Program-made: the position numbers and the translations under genes
Shown here: piece after piece, positions 60,024 to 64,000 of the stretch
Position numbering within the stretch: position 1 is the first letter of the stretch
Layout: every line of letters starts with the position of its first letter
The notes under the pieces: generated by a model
Seen by the model: only the letters and a program-made list of their open reading frames with translations
What the model was told of the DNA's origin: nothing
Databases searched by the model: none
DNA from: Azolla caroliniana
Taxonomy: Eukaryota > Plantae > Polypodiophyta
Assembly: GCA_043228905.1 (NCBI GenBank)
Contig: JBHGNT010000010.1
Span: 4,092,001-4,156,000, forward strand
Direction: 5' to 3'
DNA: 64,000 nt

Positions 60024-61355
60024 TGGTATTGTTCTTGTGTTCAGAGGAATTGAAATTGGGTAGCCAAAACAAGATCCATTATTTTCTCTGTCATATCATC
60101 GTGAGGATGAGTGCCCCAAAGTTCGTGCACCCCACACTTCCTCCATTACACACATTACATATACAATACATAAATAAACTCACATGGTGGGTATCAAATC
60201 AATGGGGTCTCTCTCATAAGCTTATATGTACTATGCATAACCTTCTTCACATGCCTTTTTTTCTTCATGTTATTCCATCAAACTATGTGCCTTGATTTGT
60301 GAGCTATAGAGAGACGGTCGGTTCATTGTTAGCTTCGATCGATACGGTTCATTGTTAGCTTCGATCGATAAATGACTTCTGGGGTGTGATAGTGATCAAC
60401 AAAAAATGCACACCACGTGGATTCAAGAGAACAATGCAAATGTAACCGTGATATTCCGGAATGTTGTCTGTTGGTTGTCCCACACACATTGTCAAGTCTT
60501 ACTCCCGTTGTGCCGATATTTGATACGAATCATATCATGCTTCAACATCGGTCGATGCATGACACTCCTAAACACGCTCCACCCAATGTCGAAGAGACCC
60601 TCCCATTATGGATGAGCACTCGACCATCATTACTTTGAAAATAAATGGCTACAACCGTCGCCAAGCATATAGTTTCCCCAACTGTAGATATATAGTCAAA
60701 TCTAGGTGGCGACCATAGACCACAATAGGATGCCATTCTTCACCAATTGAGGTGCCTATGTAGCAACTAAAACTATAAGAATATTGTGCAACACAATGGA
60801 AGAAACTAAACGAAGAGCAAGGTTTGATAACCTTGAAGAACAAGGAATAGTTGAAACTATGAGAACAATATAATTCCGAGGATAATATAATTCCCGCTTA
60901 TCCTAGTAGCCTTAAACATTAAAATTAGCTTCAAAATTGATCCCAAAGGTTATGCGGGAAGCCTATAAGATACTCTTCCCCATTTCCCAATCTTTACACT
61001 TGTGCGACCACAAATCAAAATCACGGAAGTTATATTTAAGAACATGCTCCTTCTCTTAAGTGGCATCATGCAAAGTTTGATCCAACCATTTAATCGTGAA
61101 CACTCATATTTGTCTATATCTCATAATTAACCTTATTTGCCAAGAAATTTTTTCGATGCTCAAACTAAACATAATCCTCATGGATTACTTAATATTTAAC
61201 TCATGTAACTAACATGAAAACCAAGACACAGACAACCTTAAGAAGATTGAGATTATAGGGAAATGAACCAATCCATTTTACGACTATATAAGGTCCATAA
61301 TATCATACTGACACATAAATAAATTTTGGGAATTTAAAGGTACACCCAACAAGAT

Positions 61356-62108
61356 TGTTGGGGAAACACACAACAATACCACAATTCCACGCGAAAGCTA
61401 ACAAATCGTTTCCCCATTTGTGTTGTAAAATAGAAGATAGTAATCAAACCAAACAAATTTGGATAACAATTCAGCAAGAAACTCCACACCCAAACACTAA
61501 CAAACAAATTATCAAGGAGACACAAGATTTACATGGAAAACCCCAATGTGGGGTAAAAAACCACTAGACCATTTACAATGGCACCAAAACTCCACTAATA
61601 AATAAGAATCCAATGGGTACAACATATTTTCATCTCTAGTTCAAAACTAGAGGCTTCACAATCTTGAAGGTAAGTCCTTGGATCAACAAATCTCCACAAA
61701 TTATCAAATATAGTGGCAAATTTCACAATTTCATAAATTTTGATCAGAGCATAATCTACGAAGATAGCGAGATCAAAACAATGATCGGATGCCGTTTGGT
61801 CATCGATTGGGGCTGAAATTAGTAGTTCGTTACTCTACTTCTATCTTTTACCTCTCTCTATTTGCTTGTTGCATGTTCTTTTTAGTATATTCTCAAAATA
61901 CAGAAATAGTAATAATTAATAAGGGTTATGTTTCTAAAAACTCCTTTATTACCCCTAAGAAGAACCTATAAGTGGAAACTTTGTTTGGGTCCTTTTCATG
62001 CATAAAGTTGAACCCATTAAATATATATATACACAACTAATGTGGGAAAGCATAGACCCAATTAAATATTTGGACCTCTTCCTCCATGTAGGAGGGAACA
62101 ACCCAACA
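61356..62108. mobile_element. Solo LTR (753 bp), copia-like
   Basis: TGTTGGG...CCCAACA inverted termini, 5-bp TSD AAGAT/AAGAC (4/5 match), and GGAAAACCC..AAAAAACC, the reverse of a typical copia LTR motif. Confidence 0.8.
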
Positions 62109-62593
62109 AAGACTTTTTAACGAAGGTTAATAACATGAGGATGTCTATTATGATTGACCTAGAAACGTGCTCTTTCTTAAGTAGTCTTAATGTTATCTCA
62201 TACACTATCTAGCATTTCTTAAGTAGTCTTAATTCATCTTTATGAAAAATAATATTCGTAAAGGCTCGTGGCAAAAAACCATACATCAGCATGCAAGGAC
62301 TATATCTTGTCGAAGTATATTTAAATTTGTTATAAGTAATCTCTAATAAAATGAGATATTATTTTTGTTTTATAGGTTTCTTCGCCAAATAGATTTGAAA
62401 TATATCCTCAATAATTTGATTGACTCATTCAATTTGACCATTAGACTAAGGATGATACAAGGAACTCATGCTAAAAATAGTTTCTAACTTTTTAAAGACT
62501 CGAACCCAAAAATTGCTTGTAAACATGGTAGAACCCTTACCCATAAATGCAATGTCCAAGGATACCCGAAACGAATATATGCAATATAATAAA

Positions 62594-62738
62594 GGGAAAA
62601 GTACCAGGATACCCCTGGAAGTTCGTCTATTTACCATAAAGTAATTTTTTGGACATAGGGGTAGTTTGGTAAATTTGGAACTTCCAGGGGCATTATGGTA
62701 AATAGACGAACTTCCAGGGGTATCCTGGTACTTTTCCC
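62594..62738. mobile_element. Mutator-type MITE (145 bp)
   Basis: Perfect 46-bp TIRs (62594-62639 and 62693-62738) starting GGGAAAAGTACCAGG, and a perfect 9-bp TSD TATAATAAA (62585-62593 and 62739-62747). Confidence 0.95.
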
Positions 62739-62749
62739 TATAATAAATA

Positions 62750-64000
62750 GGATACCAAGGAAAGTTACGACTCAGATGATGGACCGACTAAATACCCCTA
62801 TAGGTATGCATGAATTGTGGGACGCTATTGGGGATATGAACAAACAAAGATGTGCAGGAATTGATGGACTTCCTATATACTTTTACATCAAATGTTGGGA
62901 TCTAATTAAGGATGACATGCTGGCAGAGATGCAATGCATTATGGTAGAAGGATTAATACCCACAACAATGTGTAGAGGCATAAGATAATGGCCAAAGTCG
63001 CAAGTAAGAGATTGAAAATGGTAGTTAGGGACATTATACATACAACGCAAACTGGCTTCCTGGAAAACCGGAGCATTGTTGATAATGTGATAACATTCTG
63101 GGAATACTCAGCATGGGTAGAGGAGCAAGAAGTGGACCTAGCAGTAATGCTACTCGACTTCGAAAAAGTATATGACAAGATTTCATGGGACTTCCTAGAA
63201 GCAGTGATGGCAACCCTATTGAAAATGGTACTTGGGGACATTATACATACAACGCAAATTGGCTTCTTGGAAAACCGGAGCATTGTTGACAATGTGATAA
63301 CATTTTGGGAATACTCAGCATGGGTGGAGGAGCAAGAAGTGGACCTAACAGTAATGCTACTCGACTTCAAAAAAGCATATGACAAGATTTCATGGGATTT
63401 CCTAGAAGTAATGATGGTAGCCCTAGGCTTTGAACAACAATGGATCCTTGGAATGGGTGCCTTTTATAGAGGTGCATCCAGCCAGGTGATAATGGCTGGA
63501 AGTATGGGGAAGAGCTTTACGATGCTACGTTCGGTACGCCAAGGATGCCCATTGGCCCCGTACTTATACATCATTGCAACATAAGCTTTGCATTATCAAA
63601 TTGTTGATAGATCTTGGCAAATACAAGGCCTTACCTTGCCCGATGATGAAGGTATGGTGCTTGATACGACATATGTTGATGACACAATGACCTATGTCAA
63701 AGGTGATGCACACAACTTGGGCAGATTGCAAAATGCAATTGATGAGTTTTGTAGGGGATCAGATGCTAAAATAAATTAGAATAAATCAGTGGGCATTTGG
63801 ATCAATAATAAGCCCATGTTAAATTGGGTCCCAGGCCCCAATTTTAGATGGTTGAGGAAAGGAGAAGCTACTAGATACTTGAGCTTCAAAATTGGTATGG
63901 ACATTGATCGAGCATAACACTACAATCTACTAGTGGACAAAATAAAAACGAAGCTAATATGGTGGAATGCAAGAAAACTATCCTTTGCGGGCAAGATTGT
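62750..64000 (+). mobile_element. LINE reverse-transcriptase remnant with internal 207-bp tandem duplication; runs off the window
   Basis: CAGIDGLP..FY..CWDLIK, QTGFLENRSIVDNV..LDFKKAYDKISWDFL, RSVRQGCPLAPYLY, YVDD. Stops and deletions are present. Confidence 0.93.

Noticed and set aside
62446-62740. Two ORFs with the identical start MVNRRTSRGILVLFP on opposite strands
   Set aside because: Both are translations of the MITE's inverted repeats.

Overview
Eukaryotic land-plant nuclear DNA: AT-rich, with GT-AG introns, microsatellites and many decayed transposons. The style of the PLS-PPR debris and the protein divergence suggest a seed-free plant such as a fern; this is an inference, not a determination. 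Genes, left to right: first coding exon of a RING-CH (RINGv) E3 ligase (-); an ATXR5/6 H3K27 monomethyltransferase (+) disabled by two frameshifts and a CGA>TGA stop; a Lunapark gene (-); a 7-exon conserved plant protein of unknown function (+); two tandem copies of an NADPH alkenal/enone (quinone) oxidoreductase (-), the right copy with an early nonsense codon, separated by a rearranged Ty1/copia remnant; an intronless ESS2/DGCR14 gene (+); and a 1051-codon low-complexity orphan ORF (-). Intergenic DNA holds LINE, gypsy/chromovirus and solo-LTR remnants, TSD-supported hAT and Mutator-type non-autonomous elements, a PPR pseudogene and a truncated tRNA-Arg relic whose anticodon now reads UCA. 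No CRISPR array, rRNA or prokaryote-type system is present. The best candidates for something new are the orphan SQ-repeat ORF and the PHD+PIP-only ATXR5/6 relic. All exon coordinates were read by eye, and family calls rest on recalled motifs rather than database searches.
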